Source: Vicugna vicugna
Lineage: Eukaryota
Length of the DNA stretch: 64,000 bases
Reading direction: 5' to 3'
Assembly: GCA_013265495.1 (NCBI GenBank)
Contig: MU058198.1
Location: 6,587,779-6,651,778 of the forward strand
Under the pieces are notes generated by a model that did not search any database, was not told the origin of the DNA, and saw only the letters and a program-made list of their open reading frames with translations. A program made the translations under genes and the position numbers. Positions 12,683 to 24,200 of this stretch are shown in pieces. How positions within the stretch are numbered: the first letter of the stretch is position 1; each line of letters begins with the position of its first letter.

Positions 12683-15416
12683 AAGCGCATTCAACTCTGC
12701 CAGGAGGGTTTAGAGAACATGATTTTCCCAGATTCTCCTGATGGCAGAATCCTTTCTTGAGAAGCTTCCTCCGGGACTCATGGGCCATACAGTGCATTTT
12801 GGGGAAAACAGCACTGAACACCACAAACAGCCCAAGCTCTTGTAGCAGGTACTGTGAATGCCTCGTCCATAGCCCTCCTCACCATATCAGGGCACACTGA
12901 CCCGCGCGCACCTGCTGGTGCCTGCCTTCCTCTGCTCCAGGCTTGCTGGGGCCACCAGAGCCCACTGTGCCCGTGTGAGTGACTGGCCAGAAGTTCTGAA
13001 GAATTAGCAGCGCCCCCCCCCCGCCCTCCAGAGCAGCCCTCAAATACTGAGACAGGCTATACAGATACCCCAGCTCCCTCCCCAGGCAGGCTCACACCCA
13101 CCTGCTCCATGCAGCTCCCGGCATGCCCTAGCCATGCCCACAGTTGCCCACAGAGGTAACTTGCTCTGTGACGCACCCTTTGTTGGCTGCCTTCTCTTTC
13201 CTATCTCAATCCCCTGCTTGTGTTTTTGGGATCACCTCCCAAATAAATTACTTGCACTGTGACCCTTGTCTCAAGGACGGCTTCTGAGAGACCACAAAGC
13301 AAGAGGGCTGTTACCTCCTTTAAAAGCACCCAATTGTCTCTCCCAGCAATTCCAGAAAACATTCCTTACACTTATCATTAAATCTACCTTTCCTCCAACA
13401 ACAGACTTCACGAAAAAATCTATTTCTGCTCCCTAGATCCCACCTGCAGGGATTCTCCCTGACCACCCCACTGTGCTCAGAACCCCAGTCTCAGCCCAGT
13501 AGACTTCACTGCATTAACTGTCTGTCCTGCCTGGCTCATCGACTGGTAGAAGCAAAGTCACACCCTCTTGTTGGTGCAAGAGACACGAATGGGAAGCTGC
13601 TTAGTGGCTCAGGGGATGCCCCCACCCTGCATCCACCAAGGCAAGGACCAGAGTCACCTTGGACTTCCTCAAGCCTCACAGCCCACAGCCAACCCATCAC
13701 CACATCCCTTACTTCTGCCTCCCATGTCCCTTGCCCCTGCCACCTCTTCAGCTAACCTAGCATTGTTTCTCACAAGAATCACTCCAAAAGCCTCCTCACT
13801 GACCCCACCTTAGGGCCTTTGCATATGCTTCTCCTAAGGCCTGGAGCGCCATATGCAACTCACGCACTTGGCACAGACAGACCAGCACCTCTCAGCCTCC
13901 AGTTTACTGCCTCTTAAAGCCGCCCTACTTCCCTGCCCCCATCCATTCCCCCCTTAGGCCTTGGTCTCTCTTCTTCCTACAAAATCGTTCAGATATGCAA
14001 ATACTTAAGAGAATCAGGTACCAAACACGTGTGTAGCCAATCCTGCTTAAAAATAAGACATGACACATACCACTGAGGCCTTCCTGAACTCCTTCTCGCT
14101 CATCCTCCCCCTCGGCCCAAGGTAACCATCCTCCTGAGTCTGGTTTCCCTCTGCCTATATTGATACCCTCACATTATGTGTGTCCCTGAACTGAACAATA
14201 TGTACAGGTTTTTTTTCATGTTTTTCAGTCTCTGTAAGTAAAACTCCACAATAAAACTTTTCTCACTCCACATTCTGTTGGTGATAGTTATCGGAGCTGA
14301 TAGATACGGCCCCAGCTCACTCATCGTTCTCTGCTGGTGAGTCCCCACAGTGTCACTGGACTGAAACCCCTCCGTCCACTCTCCTGGTGACGGTATCTGT
14401 TCTTTCCAGCTATCGGCCTTTACGATCTGCTCCGAGCCCCCTGTACCCCACCCCCTTAGCCATGTGCTGGTTTGTCCAGGTTTGTACCCAGGGATTTGCT
14501 GGGTAAAGGGACACACCATCTTCAGCTTCACTGATGTTGCTAGATTATTCTCAGGGTGGTTGTCCCCACATAACCTTGCTGAAAGTTTCTGTCCCTCAGC
14601 CCAGGCATAAAGGTGCCTCTGCCCTTTTCTGTTTCTTCCAGATACAATGATTTAACTCTACCTGTTGATAACGGCTTGTCCAAGCCCCTCCTCAGACCTC
14701 CCTCCCTCTCCCGCTTCTCCAATAGGCCTCTTACAACCTCCCTGCTTGGGGCAGCCGGCATCTTGTACAACACCCAGAGCAAGGGTGCCGGCAACAGTGA
14801 CCCTGGGGGCCAACAGCCACCGATCCCAGCCCAGATTTGCCACTTTGGCTGCATGCCTTTGGGCAAATCACTGCTCCTCTCTGAGCCTGTTTCCTCACCT
14901 GCAAATCAGGGATACACACAGTAACCAACAACAGGGGAGTGACGATGACGAAATAAGCAAGGAAATGCAGCAGGCGCTCCATAGAGGAGCTGTGATTATT
15001 ACCTTTGGAGCCCACAGGACGCCAACAACTTTGTGTCTCACTCAGGACGACTCTGATGGTACACGACAGAAACCGCAAGGCAAGCCAGTTGAAGAAAACT
15101 GGTCATTTATTGGCCTGAGTCACTGAAGTCTAAGGGGGTGTCAGGCTTCAGGTGTGACTGGATCCAGGAGTTCTGACACCACCAGGAAGCCAGCCCTGCC
15201 AACTTCCGGGCCTCCTCTCCTCCATGCTGGTTTCCTTCTCCAGGCAGGGTTCCAGGACCATAGTCTCCCAGTTGCACAACCGCCATGAACAAAAAGAGCT
15301 TCTCCTTCCTGACACTTTCTGCCCACGTCCAGCGCTGGGTCTCACTTTGGTCATCACGTGCCCACGCCAGAGCCAGTCGCAGTGACCGGGGCATCCACCA
15401 GCCCCTGCTCCTCACG

Positions 15417-15565
15417 GGTGGTCTCAGAGCAGCAGCAGCAGAACCACTTGGGAGATCCTCAGAAATGCAGAGTCTCAGGCCCCACCCCAGACCTACTGCA
15501 TCAGAATCTGCATTTTAGCACAACCTCCCAGGTGAGCCACCTGCACGTTGGTCTGAAGAGGACTG
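15417..15565 (+). mobile_element. MER5A-like hAT DNA transposon
   Basis: agaaatgcagagtctcaggccccaccccagacctactgcatcagaatctgcatttt. Confidence 0.75.
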
Positions 15566-15946
15566 GGCAGCACGTTAACTTTTTTAGTTGCTTAGACATC
15601 TTTTAAGTCCTGTTTTATTAAGATCCACAGAAAGTAAGAGCTAAGAAAGCCCTCTGAGGTTGTCAAGTTCACCCCCTTGTTTTAAAGATGGAGAAACTGG
15701 GGCCAGCTGGGGGATGGGTCTCTCCCTAGATGCCCACCCAGTACTTCCCCACACCCTGTTCCCCCAACATCACAGCCGTTGTCTGCCTGCTCCGTGGACA
15801 ACCTCATGGAGAGACGCGTCTGAGCCTGGATGAGAACTGCCTCGCTCAGAAGGTGACGTGTCCCGGGCTTGGTCCACAGGGTCACCCACACAGATGTGGT
15901 CAGGACCCTCGGGAGCTCGGAGGGCCTGTGAGGATGGAGACCCATA

Positions 15947-16000
15947 AACACACACGCACACACGTGTGCACGCGCGCACACGCACACACACTCACACACA
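15947..16000. repeat. (CA)n/(CG)n alternating microsatellite
   Basis: acacacacgcacacacgtgtgcacgcgcgcacacgcacacacactcacacaca. Confidence 0.85.
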
Positions 16001-16085
16001 GACCCTCGGACACAGCCCACCTTCATCCTGACTCCAACCCACTGGGCACCCCCCAAAGCCAAGAGTGCTCCAGACCACACCAGCC

Positions 16086-16091
16086 TTTATT
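16086..16091 (-). terminator. LAT: LAT polyadenylation signal AATAAA (last non-coding exon starts ~16319)
   Basis: tttatt on + strand; donor after 16490 and acceptor before 16319 define a 3'UTR intron; GT-rich element downstream on the minus strand. Confidence 0.85.
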
Positions 16092-16496
16092 CTATTACAG
16101 AGTAGGGCTGGGGCCAGGGAAGTTCATTCTCAGGCTGCTTCAGAAGGTGCAGAGTACTGGGGCCACACTGGACTGGACCCCAAAGTGACAATAAGTTAGA
16201 GGGAAAATTCTCAGGCTGTGGTCAGGCCGGAGCCGGGACAGGGTGCCTCAGAGCCACTGCCAGCCGCCCAGCTCAGCTCTCCCAGGCCAGGTTGATTCGG
16301 GAACAGGCACGGCCTCGCCCTGAAACACAACAGGACGGGGAGAGAAGGAGGGGTTGTGAGTTCAGGAGGTCGTGGGGGTCAGAGGGGTCCCCAGAGTCAG
16401 CAAGGAGAGGGCTGAGATGGCAGAGAGGGGCTGGGAGGGTCACGAGCCCACAGGCCCAGGGCAGGGCTGGGACGGGTGGGGCCTCTCACCAGGCCC

Positions 16497-19400
16497 TCAG
16501 TTAGGCTGCAGGTTCTCGTAATCTGGAGCTTCCTCATCCTCCACCTCCCGGGAGCCTGGAGTGGCTGCAAGGGAAGAGGAGGCTGGTCTTCAGCTCACAA
16601 ACCATCCCACCTCTCCTCCAAGGCAGCCCCCCCAGCCTCTGTCCCCCAGTGCTGCCCCACACACACCAGGCTTGGTCCCTGCCACAGGCTGTAGCTCCTG
16701 AGAAACGTTCACATACTCCCGGCTCCCATCTGTGGGGACAGGTCAGAAGGAGGGACGGCCACACCAAAAGGGGGACAGGCCACACTGAGGGTGAGAACAG
16801 GAGGCCACCCAGACCAAGGGCGAGGGAGCCACAGAGGGGGCTGTGGGCACCCCCAGGGATGGAGAATGACCACATTGAGAGCGGGGAGGGGGTAGCAGGG
16901 GTGAGGATGAGAGAAGGAAGGGAGACCCCAGGAGAACACCAAGGGGGGCCCCAGCCACTCACCCAGGGACGCATCTGCACTCTCCTCGCTCTCAGGAACG
17001 TTCACGTAATCTTCCCCCGACTCCACTACAGGAAAAGCAGGGCCCCCCCAGTGCCGTTACCCAGATATCCTTAAGTGCGGACACCCGGAGACTCCCAATG
17101 CAGCCACCAAAGACTTTCAACACAACCAGCCAGAGACTTTGGCACACAGACCCCGAGACCATGCCCACGGTTGGCCCCAGAGGATGTAGAGAGGGTGGTC
17201 TGGACCAGCGATGCTGGTGGCCATGGAGAGAAGTAGAGCAATGTGGCCAGAACTGATCAGAGGGAAGAGAATTATGGGAGGAGAGACAGCAGATCCTAGT
17301 GTGTCCCCCAGGTTGAGGAGCAGGGGTGGAGAGGAGCTCGGAGCAGTGGGGCTGTGCGGCAAGTGTGGAAAAGGAAACAACATTCAGGGCTGGGCTGAGT
17401 CAGAGGCGCCATCAGCCCAGCTGGGCCCTCCTCCCCACCCAGGCCTTCCTTGACCCTCTCTCCTGTCCTTGTCCCTCCATAGTGCCTGTTGCCATTGACA
17501 GCATCTTATTTTTTAGGTGTTGATTTACTTCTCCATGAGGATGTGGACAAGGCAGGCTTCTAAGCCAGACTGTCCAGGCTCAAGTCCAGCTCTAGCATTA
17601 ACTAACCATGTAACCTCAGGCAAGCGACTTAACTTCTCTGGGCCTCAGTTTTCTCACCTGTAAAATAGGGTGAGAAACGGTACACATGGCATTAGGGTTT
17701 GTGAGGACTAAAGCAGTGAGTTAAAATAGGGCCTCTCATACAGTAAGTGCTGCCAAGCGTCAAATAAATACATCATCGTACAGATGAGATAAGTGAAGGG
17801 CAGGAGGGGAAGAGACAGGCTCAACAGCACCTGGGAACTGTGAGGTTTGATAAGTTAATACATATAAAACTCTTAGTAGAGCATGTAGTAGGCCCTCAAT
17901 AATGTTTGTTCTTTTATCGTGACTTTATCTCATTAGCTGGGATTACATCAGAAGCACTCAGTCAATATGATGAATGAATGAATGAGTGAATGAATGAATG
18001 AAGATAAGAACTTGGACAGACAGTCTGGAGCTCAGGGAAGAGGTAGCAAGTTGGTAATCTGGATGGCAAATGAACCCGGGGAGTGGAAGTGATGGCCCAG
18101 GGCAAGTATAGAGAAAAAGGAGAGTAACAGAACACTGACAATCACAAGACATTGAGGAAAGGCTCTAACAGGCAGAATGCGATCAAGATCAATGAAGAGA
18201 AAAAAGCAGGCCAAAGGAAATTGAAACAACCCAAGAAGCAGAAGAAAACTTTTCAAAGAAACCCAGAAAAGACAACCTAGAGTCAGTATCCTTAGAGATT
18301 CAGAAGATGATATCCCCTTCATGAAACAAGAACAGGAGGCTATGAAAAAGGAGCACTCAGAAATGAAGAAAGAGCTTTTGGACAGGAAAGACAAAGTAAA
18401 AGCAGAGAGTCAAAAGATGAATAACATTAAGGAAATCCGGCAGACAATAAAAGGAAAAGACAAAGAGGAAAAGGGAGAGAAAAGGTAAGAAGATTAGAAG
18501 ATCAGAGCCAGAAGTCCACTCTCTGATGGACAGGAGAGCAAGAAAGAGAGAAGAGAGAACATGGAGGGGGAGAGAGCATCCGGGGGAGAGGGAAGAGGCA
18601 GGGGAGCGGTCAGATGGCCGACTCACTGGAGAAGGCGCTGTCTCGGGGGCCGGGGTTGTTGGACACAGGAGCTGGTGGGACAGTAGTGCCGGTGGCTGGG
18701 ACACTGTCAGGAAGCACCACCCTGAGGGAAGTCAAGGAGCAGGTGAGCAAGGACCCCGGCCTCAGCCCCCACCTCCCTCCTGGCCACTCACAAGTAGCCT
18801 TCGTTGTGATAGTCTTCCTCATCCTCGTCTTCATCCTCATCCTCACAGACTGGCTCTGGGGGTAAGGACACAGGGTCAGTCGATCCCCAGACAGGCCCCA
18901 GCCTCCTCCCAGTCAGGGCTGCCAGGGTCCCAGGCACACCCTCGTTCTCGTAGCTCGCCACGCTGTTGGCTGCAGAGAGAGCACAAGAGAGAAACTGAGT
19001 CAGCTCAGACGGGTCTATCCCCTTTGCCCAGCCCCAGCCCCAGCCCTAAGGCCCCCACTCCACGCTCACCACCATCTGAGGCCTGCCGGGAAGATGGCAT
19101 GCGGTGAGAGCCTCCAGGGGGCTGTGGGGACCTCCTGGGAGTCAAGGGTCAGAAGTCATGCTGGTGTGGGCCTCTGGGGCAAGCGGGATTGAGGCCCCCA
19201 ATCCAAGGAGGTGAGAGGATAAAAAGGGAGAATCTGGAGGGGAAGGGGCTACTTACGGGATGGGGAGCAGGTCTGGCTGGTTCAGGGGTGGGTAGGATGT
19301 CACAGGCGGGTAGGATGTGGCTGGTGGCCAGGGGGCAAGAGTGGCTGAGGATACAGGACCAAGCTGAAGGAATGACTCCAAACATCACGCCCCTACCCTG

Positions 19401-20070
19401 GTCAAGGCCTCGAAGGGCGGACTAACTCCTGACACCCCCGTGCCCTGGACAGGCACCTATCTCCCTCCCCATTCCCAGCTCGAGTCAAGGTCACATGGGC
19501 AGCCACAGGGGGAGCCTGAACAAAGGCACGAGGTCCCCATGCCAGGGGACCCTGTTCCCACTCCTGAGGGAGGGAACCCTCCATGTACTCACGAGGCCGT
19601 TTGATCACGATGCTACTTGGGGTCAAACTGGCAAGAGAGACACAGTTTGGGTAAGAGGCCAGGAGAGGCCCCAGCTCCCACCCCAGTTCCCTGGGGCCTA
19701 GCCTCGCATGGGGTACTGAGGGAGACACACGGGGTCAGTGGGGCAGACTCACCTATCAGAGGCAGCGGTATCATATGAGCCTGGAGAAAAGAGGGCCGGT
19801 GAGGCAGGAAAAGGGGATGATGAGGGCAGAGGGTGATAGAGTATGGGGCTCTCAGCTTCTCCAAGTGCAAGAGAGACAGTTAAAGAGGGAGTGAGGGGTT
19901 CAGGGAGGGGGTGAGGATCCCTGTCGGTATGTCTGAGCATCTGGTCACCCCGCCAGCTCCCACTCACCTGGCAGCTCTCGGCAACGCACACATAGTGCCA
20001 TCAGCAACACGGCCAAGAGAGGCAGCAGCAGGAGGCCCAGCACATAGGGGCTCAGGCTGACTGCCTCCAT
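16497..20070 (-). CDS. LAT: Linker for activation of T cells (233 aa, 11 coding exons)
   Basis: Exons (minus): 19968-20070, 19753-19780, 19593-19627, 19257-19344, 19070-19134, 18940-18969, 18792-18855, 18627-18721, 16963-17025, 16667-16729, 16497-16564; 702 nt, all GT-AG, in frame. Protein has MEAVSLSPYVLGLLLLPLLAVLLMALCVRCRELPG (TM plus CxxC palmitoylation), SYENE, DYHNEGYLVV, EDYVNV, REYVNV and PDYENL. Confidence 0.97.
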
Positions 20071-20369
20071 CTGCAGCGGGGAGCTGGGACCAGGCCTGCC
20101 TGCTCGCTGCAGGCCCCTCAGGAGCAGAGCTGCAGCACAGCAAGGGCTAAGCTGGCAAGGGTGCAGGACCCAGCGGGCACCGGGCTGGGAGCCTGGTCGG
20201 GACAGTTGTGCCCTCCTTGGGGGCTCCCGGGGTCTTCTCCCTTCGTTGGGCTGAGTAGGCGTCAGCCCTGGCTCTGGAAGACCCCTGATCTCAGGGAGAT
20301 CAGGCCAGGGCCTGGGTTGGAGTCTGGGGCACCAGCCACCCCTACACAGACCCTGAACCCCAGCCTCAC

Positions 20370-20408
20370 CTGCCCCTCGTCTCTGCACCCGCCTCTCCTC
20401 AGCCTGCT

Positions 20409-20439
<31 letters not shown>

Positions 20440-20520
20440 GGCAGGAAGCTGTGGTGAGCGCCGGGTGAGGGCAGGAAATCATCGGGGCTCCTCAGCCGGC
20501 TGCACCCGCCCCCTTCCACC
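20370..20520 (-). promoter_or_regulatory. LAT: LAT proximal promoter and 5' non-coding exon (ETS, RUNX, GC box)
   Basis: CAGGAAG 20442-20448, TGTGGT 20450-20455, second GGAA ~20473, GC box ~20504-20511, (CCTG)n 20403-20438. Donor GCAG|gtgagg at 20370/20369 can splice to ctgcag|ATG at 20071/20070. Confidence 0.7.
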
Positions 20521-21011
20521 CCAACCCAGCCAGTGGGGAGGGGGAGGAGGAGGCCTTAGGATCCAGGCCCAGTCCCTTGAGAAGGGTCTGCTGGTCTCCA
20601 GGAGGACAAGGGCAACTCATACCAGTGGGAGGGGGGAAAGAGACTAGCAGGCCAGCCAGCTTCCGTGGCCTCCACAGCCCTGGCCCAAGGAGGCAGCAAG
20701 GAGGGAGGCTCTGCCCCCAGGAATTCTGAGGGACGTGGGCAGTGCCCACCCCCACCTCACCCTGGCTGGCCTGTTAATAGGGCGGGCCCTAGGGGAGATA
20801 TGGGCGTGACTCATGGTCACACAGAGCCAGCTCAGTCCACCCCCTTGTTCACCAGCCCAGAAGGGCAGGGATTTGCCCGAGGCCCCACAGGAGTGACCCA
20901 ACAGCCCCTGGGAGCCTAGGACTTGAGAGAGGGCATCCCCTGCAATCCAGAGGTCAGAGGTCATCAGTACCCAGAGAGACTCCAGCAGACACTTGGGGTC
21001 TGGCTACAAAT

Positions 21012-21017
21012 TTTATT
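21012..21017 (-). terminator. SPNS1: SPNS1 polyadenylation signal AATAAA
   Basis: tttatt on + strand about 235 nt past the stop codon. Confidence 0.85.
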
Positions 21018-21251
21018 CAGTTACAAATAGCACCGAGCCCCTGGGGCTGCTCCAATGGGGGGATTTCCCTCCTGGACCCCCAGCGTTCCCCAGCATCCCT
21101 CCTTGGCCGCCCGCGTAGTGTGTGGGAGCTGGAACACGGCCCAAGGCCCCTCGTAGAAAATGAGCCAGGCCAAGGATTTGGGCCCCGGCACCCCCTGCAG
21201 TGGGCCCAGGGCCAGCTGTGGTAGGTGTGCAAGTAGCAAGCGGTGACCTCC

Positions 21252-24200
21252 TCAGATGAGCACACTGGACACAGGGACCCGGGTGGAGCGGCCTCGCTGG
21301 GGCACCACAATACGGTCATCGGCGGGCCCGGCCTCATGCAATAGACCTGACAGGGGAAGGATCAGAGCCAGGGCTGGATGGACAGACAGACACAAGGCCA
21401 GGGAAGGGACAAACAGGCAGTGACAAATGGATGGGGCAGCAGAGCCAGCAGTGCTGTGGACACACAGCAGGGCATCAGCCCACGGGACAGGCAGACCAGA
21501 AGCCGAGTGAGGGGAGGGCTGGGGACTGAGAGCTGCCAGGTACATGGGACTGGGAGGGCAGATGGATGGACAAGCAGGTAGCATCATGAAGTTAGGCAAG
21601 GAGTGGTGGATACACAGAGGGAAGGCCTGACTGACCCTGCACGTGCAGCTGGGCCTGGCGGCGGTCGCTCTCGATGAAGATGGCGGTACCCAGGAAGGCC
21701 GCACCACCCAGAGCCCCGACGAAGGCGCAGAGCATGAGCGAGAACTGCAGGGCCCGGAACTCAGACAAGAAGGAGGGGGGCCAGTCCCGGCGGAGGCGGT
21801 CGGAGATCTGTGGGGAGACAAGGAAAGAAAAAGCAGGAGAAAGTCATGGAGATGGAACCCCCAAACTCCAGAAGGACAAAGAAGGCTCAGGCCTGGAACC
21901 TCTGGTGGAAATCTGCAAAGACAAAACCCTGCCCATCCAGCTGAGGATCCAAGGTGAGGCGTGCCCCGCACAGGGGACATGGATGCCTCACTAGGGTCAG
22001 ACCTTCTACTTCGGCCAGTGCTGGGAATGTAGGGTCCCACAAGCCCCATCCTAGGCCAGGTCAAGGGGCAGTGCTCACCACGCCGATGAGGTAGGGGCTC
22101 CCAGCATCACCCAGCAGGTGGGACAGCACAATCTGGAAGGCTTCGGCAGTGGAGCGTCGTGTGGGGATCACCACGTACTGGGGGTAGAGAGGGGCAGAGC
22201 GTGAGGACAGGGCCAAGGCTCAGCCTAGGCTGAGGTCAAGTGAACCCCAGCTCAGAGCTGTGGCTAGGGTGAAGGGCAGGGTAGGCCCAGATTACAAGCC
22301 CATCTGGGGCTGAACTCTGAAGTCAGGGCTGGGTTTTGAAGAAGGGGTAAAGGCCACATTTCAAGGCGAGTGAGGCCTCCTGCCCCAACTCTCTGCTCCC
22401 ATCAGCCTCTGGGGTAATCCTGCAGCGGCCCACCTACTCACCAGCAGAATGTCAGCCACAATGGCCCAGTTCATGGACAGCAGAGTCTCTCCAATAAAAA
22501 TGAAAATCTGGAGAATGGGAGGTAGGCGGTGAAGGAGAGGCAACAGGGGTGGGCATCAGTCTCTTTACAAGAAGAGCAAACACATGGAGGGTTCACCAGG
22601 TACCGGGCCCATTTATTAACTCATTTAACCCTCACAACAGGTGCTAGGAGACAGGTGCTATTATTATACCTATTTTTCCAGAAGATGAAACTGAGCACAG
22701 AGAGATTAAGTCACTTGCTCAATGTCACACAGCTCAGAAGGGCCAAAGCTGGGATTCAAACCCAGGCATTCCTACTCCAGAGTCGGCTCTGACCTCAGTC
22801 CTACCCCAGTGCACCATTCCTCCCCTCTGGACCCAAAACACCCCCTCTGACACCTGCTGGCTACTCACATAGGTGGCCACGATGCTACCACGGGCGCAGG
22901 CGAGGGCCAGGAACAGGAAGGGTGCAGAGCCCAGGAGGCCAGCAGCACAAACCAGCGGGTCAGCCCGGGGGTTGGAGCGGCGGAGACGGCGGCTGATCTC
23001 CACACCCAGGCCCACACCCAGGACCCCGGTCAGGCAGGTGATGAGCCCGAAGATGAGGCTGAGGGGAGAGGGAGGGGCAGGAGACTAGACCCTCTGCCAG
23101 CAAAGCCCCCTAGCCTCACCCTCCTGGCCCAAAAAGATGGTCCATCCCAGCCACCCTCACAATCCAGGCAAGAGGAAGGCACCTATGTCCCAGACCAGAA
23201 ACTGAGACAGGGAGAGGAAGTAGCTTGTAGAGTCAGGATTCAAACTCTCCTTGCCTGAGTCTGAATCACAAGACTCCTTCCACTTCATCCACTGCCACCT
23301 GCAGGCCCCCCAGCCCAGCCCCCATCTGGGTACCTGTCAGAGGAGGAGCAGGAGTCTCCAGGAAGGCAGGGTGGGGTCTCTCCCAAGACCACACGGGAAC
23401 GCAGCAAGAAAGCAGGAGCCCAAAGAGCCAGGGAGCCCGTGACAAAGGCCACAGCAGTGAAACCAAGGGAAGACAGGATGAAACTAGGACTGCAGACAAT
23501 TAGGAGGGAGGAAGTTAGACTCCACTGAGGTATCAGAGTCAGGTGCCTCTGTTCTCCCTTCCTGTCTTATTTTAATAAAGTCAGGGCACTAGGTGGAGAG
23601 GCTGTCCTGGCTGCCGGGATCTGGGCCTGTAATTCAAGAAGCTGCCACAAGGGGGCAGTGGTGACAGAATTCCTGGCTTTGGGGAAGGGCCACGGGACAG
23701 AAAATAAAGACCACACCCACATATATCTTTAAAACTAGACCCCAGGATCTCCCCAAGGGCCTCAGATGTTGGATTAGGATGGAACTAAACTCACTTTCTT
23801 GACAGAGCCCTCAGATCTGCCCACCAGGAGGTCGGGTTCAGGGGTGGTGAGTTTGAGTGGCGCTCCACAGCTCCCCTTGGGGGCTCCCGAACAACCAGGA
23901 ACAGCAGCACAACAGCCACAACTCCCAGACCTGGTGTCACCTGGGGACAGAGTGGGCTTCAGGAAAGGCATAGACAGGGAGACACGCAATCCCGGGGGCT
24001 GGGAGAATGCGAGGGTGTGTAAAGTCAACCTAGGCCCCAGGACCCCAAACACCCTGTGAGTGCCCGTTCCAGGAAGCTGAACCTGTGACTGAGGGGAGGG
24101 GTGACTGCCACTGGGGGTCCCCCGTTGCTGCAAGCCTAACTGTTCCCTCTTTGGTAACAGCACCCTAACAGCCTTGGTGATTGATTCAATGGCAGGCATG

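Noticed and set aside
19945..20388. N-terminally extended LAT via the open frame through the 5'UTR intron
   Set aside because: The frame starts at GTG with no in-frame ATG before 20070, so the sequence alone does not support it.
21252..22064. 270-aa ORF as a separate gene
   Set aside because: Only its last ~31 codons are real (SPNS1 exon 12); the rest is intron or out-of-frame exon 11.
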